Below are positions 27,253 through 35,474 of a stretch of 40,043 bases of DNA, piece after piece. This stretch comes from a virus (lineage: Duplodnaviria; Caudoviricetes). Made by a program: the position numbers and the translations under genes. The stretch spans positions 1-40,043 of the IMG/VR virus record IMGVR_UViG_3300032233_002173; one strand, written 5' to 3'. The notes under the pieces are model-generated. The model made no database searches. It was not told the DNA's origin and saw only the letters and a list, made by a program, of their open reading frames with translations. Position 1 is the stretch's first letter. The number at the start of each line of letters is the position of its first letter.

Positions 27253-28092
27253 TTAAAATTCGATTAACTCTAATTCTTCTGTATCCTCACATAACCCTTC
27301 AAATTCATCTGCAGTTATGTTATTATAATCTTCTACTGAAACTGTACGTGATTCAACCATACCTGTATTTAGGTTAGTTAAGGCAACGTGGCCCTTTTCA
27401 CCTGTTAATAGGTAGGTACTACCATCACTATGTTCATATCTATTACCTACCTTATGTGTTACTTCAGGTTCGAATAATTGTGGATACTGAGCCATAATTT
27501 GCTCTTTAACACTTGGAATTAATTCAGCGATTGCTTTGATTTGTTCTAAATCAGTGATCGCGATTGCATTTAAGTTGATGTTCATATTGTTTTCTTTTAA
27601 TTTTTTACTATCTTTATTTTCAACGCCGTCAATGTACGACTTGGACTTTGCCTTCCCAGTTACTAATAGTAAATCACGTTCATTGTAACTATTTGTTTCG
27701 TCGTTTGCCCATTTAACAATAATACCTAAATCTTCATCCTTAATTTCAGTAATAATACCTTCTGTATTAGCTGGATTGCTAAATTCAGTCCAACTATGCC
27801 ATTGTGAATCATCACTAATCATAACTTTATCACCTACTTTGAATTTAGTTTCAGTTTTGGTTTGCTCTGCTACTGGGATAAAATGTGAAGCGAATTTATC
27901 TAATGGTATTGCAATTTTTATTCCACGTCCTGATGCTTTATCTAATGTATAGTATTCATTAGTAGCTGATTCTTTGTCATCACCATCATAAGTGAATTTT
28001 TGACCTGTTCTACAACGATCACCATATTGATCTACGAACCCTTTGTAACACTCATAAACGATGCCTTGTTTTGGCTTAATTGTTTTACTCAT
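27253..28092 (-). CDS. Hypothetical multi-domain protein with SH3/KOW-like modules
   Basis: 279 aa; FKVGDKVMI...EGIITEI and HKVGNRY segments. Confidence 0.7.
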   Translation of the reverse strand: MSKTIKPKQGIVYECYKGFVDQYGDRCRTGQKFTYDGDDKESATNEYYTLDKASGRGIKIAIPLDKFASHFIPVAEQTKTETKFKVGDKVMISDDSQWHSWTEFSNPANTEGIITEIKDEDLGIIVKWANDETNSYNERDLLLVTGKAKSKSYIDGVENKDSKKLKENNMNINLNAIAITDLEQIKAIAELIPSVKEQIMAQYPQLFEPEVTHKVGNRYEHSDGSTYLLTGEKGHVALTNLNTGMVESRTVSVEDYNNITADEFEGLCEDTEELELIEF

Positions 28093-28121
28093 AACTTATT
28101 GTTTTAATTTTTTAATATACT

Positions 28122-28145
28122 TAAATCTACGATTCGAACCCCGCC
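28122..28145 (-). promoter_or_regulatory. Early promoter motif GGC-N13-TAGATTTA
   Basis: Motif match. Confidence 0.75.
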
Positions 28146-28149
28146 CTCC

Positions 28150-28392
28150 CTAATAGAAGAACGAGTTCCAAGCACGTTGGGTAGGTACTTTATATTGCAC
28201 TCCAACCTTACCATTTTCATATCCAAAATGATCGGACTGTACTGATTCGAATACACAATTAACTTTACCAACTTTAACTAACTTAGCTACTAATGTTGGA
28301 GATTGGTTTTGAGTTATTTTCTTACCAATTACTGTTTTTAAATCACTTACTACTGTGCTTTTATTCACACTTTCTAAATCTACGTACGGCAT
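28150..28392 (-). CDS. Hypothetical early protein
   Basis: 80 aa; has its own promoter. Confidence 0.7.
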   Translation of the reverse strand: MPYVDLESVNKSTVVSDLKTVIGKKITQNQSPTLVAKLVKVGKVNCVFESVQSDHFGYENGKVGVQYKVPTQRAWNSFFY

Positions 28393-28411
28393 AATTTTTA
28401 ATTTTATAACG

Positions 28412-28436
28412 TGAAGATATGATCATTTACTTTGCC
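28412..28436 (-). promoter_or_regulatory. Early promoter motif variant GGC-N14-TATCTTCA
   Basis: Motif match with a 14-nt spacer. Confidence 0.6.
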
Positions 28437-28627
28437 TTCCTCGCGTCGTATTCCTCTTTCGTTTCGATGTTGGTAATGAATGTGTATTGTGTTGGGTATG
28501 CTTGTAACAACTCATTATATTCATCACGGAAGAAATAACATCCGTCTGATATAATCATATCATTTGCCCATACTCCACGTTCAATTGTTGTATCGCCTAC
28601 GATAATTGATAATCTAAATAGTTTCAT
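28427..28627 (-). CDS. Hypothetical early protein
   Basis: 66 aa; has its own promoter. Confidence 0.7.
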   Translation of the reverse strand: MKLFRLSIIVGDTTIERGVWANDMIISDGCYFFRDEYNELLQAYPTQYTFITNIETKEEYDARKAK

Positions 28628-28646
28628 TTTTATTTGTTTTATAACG

Positions 28647-28670
28647 TAAATATATGACTATTACTCTGCC
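28647..28670 (-). promoter_or_regulatory. Early promoter motif GGC-N13-TATATTTA
   Basis: Motif match. Confidence 0.75.
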
Positions 28671-29215
28671 AAACATAATCGCTGTGCATTATAATCTGCT
28701 ACAGGATTATCCATTGCTAAAACTTCATAGTTATCCATTGTATTGTGGTATATCTCATTTAAAGCCATGTTTACATTTTCACCCATCCAACGAGCAAATG
28801 AATCGTTTGACGTATCTACTATTGATTGAGGTGTACCTGGTAATCCACAATATGTTGCTTCGCTTACCTCACTAATAAACATACCACTATATAATCCTTT
28901 TAAGTTATGTTTAGTAACAAATTGATCTGCATTACACCAAATGAATATACATTCTTTACTGCGTAACTCTTCAACCATTGTATGATCAATTATAAACCCA
29001 CTATAATCATTATCACCACCAAATTTAGCACAGCTAAATAGACCTGATGGTGAGCCATGACCCATCATATAGATACGATCGTGTTCATTTATTAACTGTT
29101 TGATTTGTGTTTTACTAACTCCACCATGTATAATGGTTGCATCGCTTACATTTTCGTATATCGGTTTTAAAAAATCCGTACTACGATCTTCGGGGTGTAC
29201 TATTAATGTTTTCAT
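28661..29215 (-). CDS. Putative clan CD (caspase/gingipain-like) cysteine peptidase
   Basis: 184 aa; hydrophobic strand + GHG (IYMMGHGS), then hydrophobic strand + Cys (CIFIWCNA). Confidence 0.55.
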   Translation of the reverse strand: MKTLIVHPEDRSTDFLKPIYENVSDATIIHGGVSKTQIKQLINEHDRIYMMGHGSPSGLFSCAKFGGDNDYSGFIIDHTMVEELRSKECIFIWCNADQFVTKHNLKGLYSGMFISEVSEATYCGLPGTPQSIVDTSNDSFARWMGENVNMALNEIYHNTMDNYEVLAMDNPVADYNAQRLCLAE

Positions 29216-29232
29216 AACTTATTTATTTGACA

Positions 29233-29260
29233 TAAAGATAGGCACATTACTGTGCCTATC
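29233..29260 (-). promoter_or_regulatory. Early promoter GGC-N13-TATCTTTA with perfect 10-bp hairpin
   Basis: gataggcaca-ttac-tgtgcctatc spans the spacer and the GGC element. Confidence 0.75.
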
Positions 29261-29282
29261 CAAATTTACTTAACCTTAAATA

Positions 29283-29555
29283 CTAATTCATGTCGAATTC
29301 GAAATCGTTATCATCTAAATCATTAGGATTCGTTTGATCAATCAATTCACCTAACTCATTAAATGCATTGATAATATCAGCACTAGCATCACCTACTGAT
29401 CTACCAATCTCAAATAAATTACCATCACCATCAATATCACCTAATGTGTCTGAGGCGTTATCTAACAATGATTGAATTTTAAACAACACAGCATATTGCT
29501 CTGTAGTTAATGTTACTGTTTTTGATTCTACTGGGGTTTGTTTTGCTTTTGCCAT
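29283..29555 (-). CDS. Acidic helical hypothetical protein
   Basis: 90 aa; D/E-rich. Confidence 0.7.
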   Translation of the reverse strand: MAKAKQTPVESKTVTLTTEQYAVLFKIQSLLDNASDTLGDIDGDGNLFEIGRSVGDASADIINAFNELGELIDQTNPNDLDDNDFEFDMN

Positions 29556-29566
29556 GATTATTTATT

Positions 29567-29728
29567 TTAATTGTATAAATTGTCTAAATCGCATATGTGT
29601 TTACTCCACCATTTCCTAAATTTATGTTCTTTAGGTTTGCCATCCAAATATTGAGTTACTCTATCAAATACATACATTATTGTAAGTGATATTACTACTC
29701 CTATTAACCACGCTTTAAGCATTGTCAT
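29567..29728 (-). CDS. Small membrane protein (53 aa, not in ORF track)
   Basis: MTMLKAWLIGVVISLTIMYVFDRV...HKFRKWWSKHICD. Confidence 0.6.
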   Translation of the reverse strand: MTMLKAWLIGVVISLTIMYVFDRVTQYLDGKPKEHKFRKWWSKHICDLDNLYN

Positions 29729-29966
29729 AACTATCTTCTTTTAAAATCATATTAATCTGATTAATTGATAGTAACTCACCTTTTTCAGCTTGCTCAATCA
29801 ATTCAACCATATTAGCCCATAACATATTCTTATCCTCAGCTAAGTAATTGTTTAGTACCATTTCAGCTAATACTTCAGCATCATCTCTAAACAATACTAC
29901 TAATTGATCATGAATACCTCTAATTTGTTCGTCTGTTAAGACACGATCCCGATTTTTTGTTGACAT
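29715..29966 (-). CDS. Hypothetical protein
   Basis: 83 aa. Confidence 0.7.
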   Translation of the reverse strand: MSTKNRDRVLTDEQIRGIHDQLVVLFRDDAEVLAEMVLNNYLAEDKNMLWANMVELIEQAEKGELLSINQINMILKEDSYDNA

Positions 29967-29983
29967 AACTTTTATTTTTATAA

Positions 29984-30184
29984 TTAATAATCATCTTCAT
30001 CACTGAAGTCGTATTCGTCTTTATCATCTAAATAAGCAAATTCTCCAATCTCATCTAATTCTTCATAGTAATCTTCTATTACTGATATGAAATTTTCTAG
30101 ATCGAAATTTTCAGGGCAACCACGTTCGTTCATTGCACTATTTGCCACTGTAATTAATTCACTAAGAATGTCTTTAATTTCCAT
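29984..30184 (-). CDS. Very acidic small protein
   Basis: 66 aa; D/E-rich; ATATTTAT at 30200-30207. Confidence 0.65.
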   Translation of the reverse strand: MEIKDILSELITVANSAMNERGCPENFDLENFISVIEDYYEELDEIGEFAYLDDKDEYDFSDEDDY

Positions 30185-30187
30185 TTG

Positions 30188-30625
30188 TTATCTTTTGTTA
30201 TAAATATAATGATAGAATTCAGACAACGTGCCTTCAAAGTTAAGCATTTCCTCATCAACTTGCTCACGTGTCATTTTAAGTTCGGTTTTAAACGCCTTAT
30301 ACATTTCATCTAATATCTTCTTCTCATCCACTTCATAATCCTTAGATAAACGACGTTTACGTTCTCCAAACATACATCTTATTTCATGTTTCTTATCTGG
30401 ATTAGGTTCCTTAGCTGTTGCTTCTTTCTCTAATACATCTTCATATTGCAGTTGCCAATGGTAATCTGATACTTCAAAATCACCATTTGGTATTCGTTCA
30501 TTCAAACGTCTATACTTGTGTAACGTTTCACGTGGTTGGAATCGTCTCCACCAGTAGAATCTGTTATAAGTATTCTTTCTGAATGTTGATATTCTATCTT
30601 TTAATTCCATAGAATGAAGATACAA
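30188..30625 (-). CDS. Hypothetical protein
   Basis: 145 aa; YNRFYWWRRF...IPNGDFEVSDY; start uncertain. Confidence 0.7.
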   Translation of the reverse strand: MYLHSMELKDRISTFRKNTYNRFYWWRRFQPRETLHKYRRLNERIPNGDFEVSDYHWQLQYEDVLEKEATAKEPNPDKKHEIRCMFGERKRRLSKDYEVDEKKILDEMYKAFKTELKMTREQVDEEMLNFEGTLSEFYHYIYNKR

Positions 30626-30922
30626 TTACAATTTCGCCTTCCAAAACTGATACCAACGTCTCTTAGGAGCAGGTAAACATTGACTGAATGGGTTGTCTCC
30701 AAACGATACTGCTTTCATATACTTAGATGATAACATGTTTAAGAATATTTCATGATACTTTTCAGGTACAGTATCAAAATCAGCTTGTATTTTAACATCT
30801 AATTGAATGGCTCCATCATTTGGAGTCATTAATGTTAGTATTTCATTACACGTAACTAACCTAGATGTAGTCATTACTATATTAGTTCCTCCACCTAAAT
30901 TTATTTCGCTTTTATTTTCCAT
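30626..30922 (-). CDS. Hypothetical protein with KRRWYQFWK tail
   Basis: 98 aa. Confidence 0.7.
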   Translation of the reverse strand: MENKSEINLGGGTNIVMTTSRLVTCNEILTLMTPNDGAIQLDVKIQADFDTVPEKYHEIFLNMLSSKYMKAVSFGDNPFSQCLPAPKRRWYQFWKAKL

Positions 30923-30937
30923 AGTAGTAAATGTAAG

Positions 30938-30957
30938 TGGGGGTTTTTACACCCCCA
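30938..30957 (-). terminator. Hairpin adjacent to a TACATTTA promoter element
   Basis: tgggggt-ttttac-accccca after the DUF932 stop. Confidence 0.55.
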
Positions 30958-30974
30958 AACTTACTCAATTAAAA

Positions 30975-31721
30975 TTAAAGATATGATTCAGCCAATTCGA
31001 ATAATTGTTCGTTCAATTTAATATCCTGTTGGAAGTTCTTTACTGATCTAGCCTTACGACCACCAGATGTATATGAACCACCTAATATTTTCTCTTGTAC
31101 TCTGTTAAATACTAACCATAAATCATTACCTTGATCTTCAGTACGTGTAGGAGTAAGTACATCCATAATATTAACTGTTTTTTTAGTTCTTAACTCAGAT
31201 GCTTTAGTAGCAAACTCAGTCATTTGAGCTTCAGTTAATTCTTTAGATTTGAATAAATTAATCTTCTGAACTAATTTAGGTAATTTACCAATCATTTCAG
31301 CAACTTTAGATTGCAATGATTCGAATGTGTAATTCATGTGTCTAATAGACATCACTCCGAAATCAGCATCACTGATTACTAATCCATTACTACATACTAA
31401 TCTGAAGATACCAACTCTAAAGTTAAATGCTGCCTTACCATCATGTGAGTTGGTAAGTAATATTTGAGGTTGAGCATCATCACCGTTTGCTCCCTTAATT
31501 GTAATTTCAGGATGACGGAACATGATTAAATGCTTTTGAAAGCCTTTGTATTTACGAGATTTAACCTCTTGGGCTTTAGTAACTTCCCAACCTAAATTCA
31601 TTAAATCTTCTACTACTCTAATAGTAGGTGTTTGGATGTATTTATCCGTTAAATGGGCTGCTTTAGTTTCTGTGAAAACTGAAGGCGCAGCTGCCTTAAT
31701 TTGTTCAATGTTGTAACTCAT
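30975..31721 (-). CDS. DUF932 (DUF945) family protein
   Basis: APSVF...LLTNSHDGKAAF..GIFRLVCSNGLV...RTEDQGNDLWLVFNRVQE. Confidence 0.9.
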   Translation of the reverse strand: MSYNIEQIKAAAPSVFTETKAAHLTDKYIQTPTIRVVEDLMNLGWEVTKAQEVKSRKYKGFQKHLIMFRHPEITIKGANGDDAQPQILLTNSHDGKAAFNFRVGIFRLVCSNGLVISDADFGVMSIRHMNYTFESLQSKVAEMIGKLPKLVQKINLFKSKELTEAQMTEFATKASELRTKKTVNIMDVLTPTRTEDQGNDLWLVFNRVQEKILGGSYTSGGRKARSVKNFQQDIKLNEQLFELAESYL

Positions 31722-31744
31722 AACTTATTTATTTTAATTATACT

Positions 31745-31768
31745 TAAATCTACGTTAACCGCTTTGCC
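31745..31768 (-). promoter_or_regulatory. Early promoter motif GGC-N13-TAGATTTA
   Basis: Motif match. Confidence 0.75.
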
Positions 31769-31777
31769 CAACCACCT

Positions 31778-31963
31778 CTAGTTTAAGACACCTAAACGAG
31801 CATATAATATAGCTTCGCTATACGCTTCCATTTCATCTAATGTTTCAGGCTCATACATTTCATCAATACGAGCTACTATTTCTTCTCGTTCTAATCCTCT
31901 CATTGTTAATGAGCGGGTCCACGTTTCAACTTCTAAACATTTAGTCAATAATTCAGTTGTCAT
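31778..31963 (-). CDS. Hypothetical early protein
   Basis: 61 aa; has its own promoter. Confidence 0.7.
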   Translation of the reverse strand: MTTELLTKCLEVETWTRSLTMRGLEREEIVARIDEMYEPETLDEMEAYSEAILYARLGVLN

Positions 31964-31982
31964 ACTTATTAATTTTATGCTA

Positions 31983-32011
31983 TGAATATAAGTGAGGGGT
32001 TATGCCCCTCA
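31983..32011 (-). promoter_or_regulatory. Early promoter GGC-N13-TATATTCA with overlapping hairpin
   Basis: tgagggg-ttatg-cccctca spans the spacer. Confidence 0.75.
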
Positions 32012-32013
32012 AA

Positions 32014-32217
32014 TTATGCTTTATTATTTGCTTCTCGTTCTTTTTTCTTATTGTCTAAACGGATCCACTCATACTGCTCTGCTAATGTAGCACCTCGTTG
32101 GTTTAAATCACTCCATGATTCCTGACTCAATGGCACGATTTTCTTTTTCTTGTTTAATACTCTATCTAACTTTCTAGATACTTTGTCTTGCGCTTCGTCA
32201 CGAGTTTGAAATGCCAT
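32014..32217 (-). CDS. Small basic hypothetical protein
   Basis: Start revised to ATG at 32217 (MAFQTRD); promoter at 32236-32259. Confidence 0.7.
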   Translation of the reverse strand: MAFQTRDEAQDKVSRKLDRVLNKKKKIVPLSQESWSDLNQRGATLAEQYEWIRLDNKKKEREANNKA

Positions 32218-32235
32218 ATGTATTTTTAATTTGGA

Positions 32236-32259
32236 TGAATATATGACTACTGTTCTGCC
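32236..32259 (-). promoter_or_regulatory. Early promoter motif GGC-N13-TATATTCA
   Basis: Motif match. Confidence 0.72.
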
Positions 32260-32648
32260 ACCCACTTTCCACTATCAATCAACTTAAATTCATCACTGTT
32301 TCTATCTATAAATTGCCATGTTGCTGATTGTAAATCAAAGTGTTCATTTATATGGTTTAATACTTGTTCAGGTGTAAAATCGGAACAACTATATAAGTCG
32401 AATTGGAACATTGAAGGATAAATTGCATCCCAAACATGTATTGAGGCATGTGATGTAGCTAGTGTTACTGTACCTGTTATTCCCTCGTTTCCAAGTTCAT
32501 TAACATATACTGAGGTAGGTCCTGCTACAACTACCATTCCGACTTTATTTACTAATTCTTTAAACCATTGGTTTAATACTGTTTCTGACTGTGGTGGGTT
32601 ATTAATGTAACCCTTTACTAATAGGTGGAGATGATTTGGTACGAACAT
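32247..32648 (-). CDS. speD: S-adenosylmethionine decarboxylase-like pyruvoyl proenzyme
   Basis: HLLV...GITGTVTLATSHASIHVW...FDLYSC; SH self-cleavage site retained. Confidence 0.8.
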   Translation of the reverse strand: MFVPNHLHLLVKGYINNPPQSETVLNQWFKELVNKVGMVVVAGPTSVYVNELGNEGITGTVTLATSHASIHVWDAIYPSMFQFDLYSCSDFTPEQVLNHINEHFDLQSATWQFIDRNSDEFKLIDSGKWVAEQ

Positions 32649-33277
32649 TACTTAAACTTAAATCCTGTTAATTTTTCAACATCAGCAACGCTAACCTTAT
32701 TATTTTCAATACCGTCTGCTTTAGTTGTATTGTTATCAAATATAAATGCCATGTATTCTTTAGACTTCTTAATATAAACTACTTTCCAACATTGAGTTGG
32801 TACTGCAGTTGTACCTATTTTCTTAGCTACACCTATAGAACCACACCACACTTTAACTGAATCACTTTCTAATGCTAATGTACGAGATAACATCTCTAAT
32901 GCTTTCCAATCACCACGATTTAAAGCTGGGTATTGAGCAGTCATATTACTAAAGTAAAATGATTCCTCATTTGCTACTTGATCACATACAGCATCAGCTG
33001 CAGGCATATTATGTCCACGATCAAATCCAGCACCTGTATAGTCTGCTTGTAAGTCTGTTTCTTTAGGTAATTTTGGATCAGCGATAAATTTATCGCCGCG
33101 TTTAACTTTATCAATACACGTTAATGTATTTTTAGTAATCCACCATTCAACCATTACTGGATAGTGTTTGGATTTGCTATAATGTGTTGTGTACGCTTTA
33201 TGTGTTAATGTAACTACGTCTTGAGACGATGCAACGAAACTAATTAATACTAATAGGGCTAATAGGCATTTTTTCAT
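32648..33277 (-). CDS. Secreted DNA/RNA non-specific endonuclease (NucA/EndA family)
   Basis: Signal peptide MKKCLLALLVLISFVASSQ; FDRGHNMPAAD, FYFSNMTAQ, LNRGDWKALE and VPTQCWKV motifs. Confidence 0.92.
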   Translation of the reverse strand: MKKCLLALLVLISFVASSQDVVTLTHKAYTTHYSKSKHYPVMVEWWITKNTLTCIDKVKRGDKFIADPKLPKETDLQADYTGAGFDRGHNMPAADAVCDQVANEESFYFSNMTAQYPALNRGDWKALEMLSRTLALESDSVKVWCGSIGVAKKIGTTAVPTQCWKVVYIKKSKEYMAFIFDNNTTKADGIENNKVSVADVEKLTGFKFK

Positions 33278-33281
33278 GCCG

Positions 33282-33289
33282 ATAAATAT
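33282..33289 (-). promoter_or_regulatory. Putative late promoter ATATTTAT
   Basis: 4 nt upstream of the nuclease ATG. Confidence 0.5.
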
Positions 33290-33318
33290 CTACGAACCTA
33301 AAATAACTATACATTCTT

Positions 33319-33432
33319 TTATTTTGACCATGTAAATATCATTTCGTGTATTATTGAACCTATTAGCGTTAATCCTAAACAGATTAAAGCAAATACTGCT
33401 AATGAATCTGGTTTATTTTGTTTCTTCTGCAT
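33319..33432 (-). CDS. Possible 37-aa membrane peptide
   Basis: MQKKQNKPDSLAVFALICLGLTLIGSIIHEMIFTWSK; fills the gap. Confidence 0.45.
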   Translation of the reverse strand: MQKKQNKPDSLAVFALICLGLTLIGSIIHEMIFTWSK

Positions 33433-33637
33433 CTTCTTTAATTATTTCTTCATAATATTTTTCACGTAAACGAGCAATCGCACTTTCAGATGATGCTACA
33501 CCTGCTCTAAAGTTTTGATCATCCATTACGTTTCTACGTTCGCCTACTGCTTCAAGTATTTCTTCGAATATTTCAAATCCGAATAAATTACTACCTAATG
33601 ATTTGTATTTATTTTCCATGTTGTTTATTTTATCCAA
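33413..33637 (-). CDS. Hypothetical protein
   Basis: 74 aa. Confidence 0.65.
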   Translation of the reverse strand: MDKINNMENKYKSLGSNLFGFEIFEEILEAVGERRNVMDDQNFRAGVASSESAIARLREKYYEEIIKEDAEETK

Positions 33638-33822
33638 TTATATTTTCCGGCTGCTGATTTTTCAAATAATGTTCTAGGTACGGCTTCGTATCTAACTACA
33701 GGTTTTGGTTTGCGACCTCTAGACTTATAAACACATTCTTCAGGTGCACCCCAATTAGTTTCCCTAACTTGCTTATAGAAACGTTCGCGAACGCGTTGCA
33801 TATAGTCGTCGTTATTGTTCAT
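33625..33822 (-). CDS. Small basic protein
   Basis: 65 aa; KSRGRKPKP AT-hook-like patch. Confidence 0.65.
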   Translation of the reverse strand: MNNNDDYMQRVRERFYKQVRETNWGAPEECVYKSRGRKPKPVVRYEAVPRTLFEKSAAGKYNWIK

Positions 33823-33979
33823 TTGCTACTTTAGCTTTTTCTTTATCAATTGACATTTGAAGTGCAGTTATAATTGCTTCCTTATTTGCTTTAGGAAAAG
33901 TATTATAGTCTGGAATTTGGGCAAATATGTCCATTTGTTTTAATTGTTCAAGCATTGCTTGGATTTCTTGTTCAGTCAT
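33812..33979 (-). CDS. Hypothetical protein (55 aa, not in ORF track)
   Basis: MTEQEIQAMLEQLKQMDIFAQIPDY... Confidence 0.6.
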   Translation of the reverse strand: MTEQEIQAMLEQLKQMDIFAQIPDYNTFPKANKEAIITALQMSIDKEKAKVANEQ

Positions 33980-33990
33980 TGTTTTATATT

Positions 33991-34269
33991 TTAATTATAT
34001 TTTGAATCTGATATTTTTAATCCACAGTATAAATCTAACATTCTCATTTCACGATCAGCTAAATACTTATTGTAACGATGTTTTTTCATTATAAATTTAG
34101 TACCCCAATCTCGCCACTCCTCATTTTGAGCTTGAGTCATTGTGTGTTGTTGAAACCAATTATCCTTTCTACCTTCTACATCTTCAAATTTAAGATTGTG
34201 TCCTGCTATTTCAAACATCTTATCAATCAGTTCTTTTAATACTAACTTATTTTTATCTACTCGTTTCAT
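33991..34269 (-). CDS. Hypothetical protein
   Basis: 92 aa; ELIDKMFEIAGH...WFQQHTMT. Confidence 0.75.
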   Translation of the reverse strand: MKRVDKNKLVLKELIDKMFEIAGHNLKFEDVEGRKDNWFQQHTMTQAQNEEWRDWGTKFIMKKHRYNKYLADREMRMLDLYCGLKISDSKYN

Positions 34270-34275
34270 ATATCG

Positions 34276-34449
34276 TTATTTTGATAATCTAGTGATTGCA
34301 TTGAAGAATGCTCTTTTAGTAAATACCTCAAATGTATTATATCTTTTATTCATGCACATAACTCGTCTAATACCACTTACATTTTTTAAATGTTTTAAAG
34401 TATTACATAAGCGTCTAGTATATTTAGGAGCATGATCTATTTTTCTCAT
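34276..34449 (-). CDS. Small basic protein (57 aa, not in ORF track)
   Basis: MRKIDHAPKYTRRLCNTLKH...; ATGA overlap with the upstream gene. Confidence 0.55.
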   Translation of the reverse strand: MRKIDHAPKYTRRLCNTLKHLKNVSGIRRVMCMNKRYNTFEVFTKRAFFNAITRLSK

Positions 34450-35009
34450 TTTAGATATTTTGGTTTGAGTATAAATTCATAATAGTCTATTTCACCTCCA
34501 GCAACTGTCCAAGTTTGACTATGCTCTTTTCTACACTGCTCTATTCGCTCACGCTTTGATTTAGTTTTATCAGTAGCATATTCATAGTATAACCATGCTT
34601 CCCAATAATGGCTACGATATGGACTATAAAATGTTAATGCAATTTGATAGCCGAAGAATACAAATGTAAATACTGGGTTCCATTCATGTCTGAAATCAGT
34701 ATCAGTCCATTTTGTTTTCCATCCTAAACTACACCAATCGAATCCAACTTTAATTGGTACTGCTTTGCTGTATTTTTTATACATTTCAAATAGTTGCTTA
34801 TCAGATACTTGTACTTTATCCTTATTAGCTTTATGTTCTACAGATGCTTTTATAGCATCTTCATCTGTGTATTTAACCCATTTTCTAGGATAGAAGTATG
34901 GGGTGCCTATTGCTAATTTACCAGCATAGAATCCAACTTTGAATGGTTTAAATGGGCTCCATAGTGCTTTAATCCATCTAAGGCTTTGTAATGTGTATTT
35001 TAAACTCAT
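34446..35009 (-). CDS. Hypothetical aromatic-rich protein
   Basis: 187 aa; GTPYFYPRKW, LGWKTKW. Confidence 0.75.
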   Translation of the reverse strand: MSLKYTLQSLRWIKALWSPFKPFKVGFYAGKLAIGTPYFYPRKWVKYTDEDAIKASVEHKANKDKVQVSDKQLFEMYKKYSKAVPIKVGFDWCSLGWKTKWTDTDFRHEWNPVFTFVFFGYQIALTFYSPYRSHYWEAWLYYEYATDKTKSKRERIEQCRKEHSQTWTVAGGEIDYYEFILKPKYLK

Positions 35010-35012
35010 AAT

Positions 35013-35270
35013 TTATTTATTTAGATCTTCAGATAAATCTCTCCATCCTGGACCCCAATCGCCACTTAAATATTGCTCTAGCATATCTTGATCTGAGTAA
35101 TGAAAGTATTCTTCAGCACTATCATTTCTTTGCATCCAATTATAGAAATTAATCATTTGCTCTTTTTCTTTTTCAAGTAAATCAGTAGCCATTCTTAATA
35201 CTAAAGGTGACATAGGATAAGCCTCAATTAATTTAAGCTCATCAATAAATTCTTGCATTGCTGTTTTCAT
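35013..35270 (-). CDS. Hypothetical protein
   Basis: 85 aa; MKTAMQE...LEKEKEQM pattern. Confidence 0.7.
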   Translation of the reverse strand: MKTAMQEFIDELKLIEAYPMSPLVLRMATDLLEKEKEQMINFYNWMQRNDSAEEYFHYSDQDMLEQYLSGDWGPGWRDLSEDLNK

Positions 35271-35273
35271 AAC

Positions 35274-35474
35274 TTAATTTATATATTCGGTTAATAATTC
35301 TTTAGCACCTACAACGTATTGTAATGCTCTCAATTTACATTCATCATTAAACGGTTTACCGTTTTTAATTTCCATTGACCATTGAGGCTGACCGCCATTC
35401 GCTAATCCAGTAAAGAATCCATCCTCACTGAATATAACGAATTCGGGTTTTTTATTTTGTTTGGGTTTTCTCAT
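35274..35474 (-). CDS. Hypothetical protein
   Basis: 66 aa. Confidence 0.65.
   Translation of the reverse strand: MRKPKQNKKPEFVIFSEDGFFTGLANGGQPQWSMEIKNGKPFNDECKLRALQYVVGAKELLTEYIN

Noticed and set aside
28125-28150. GGTTCGAATC tRNA T-loop-like word on the minus strand
   Set aside because: No cloverleaf or acceptor stem; it lies in the spacer of an early promoter motif
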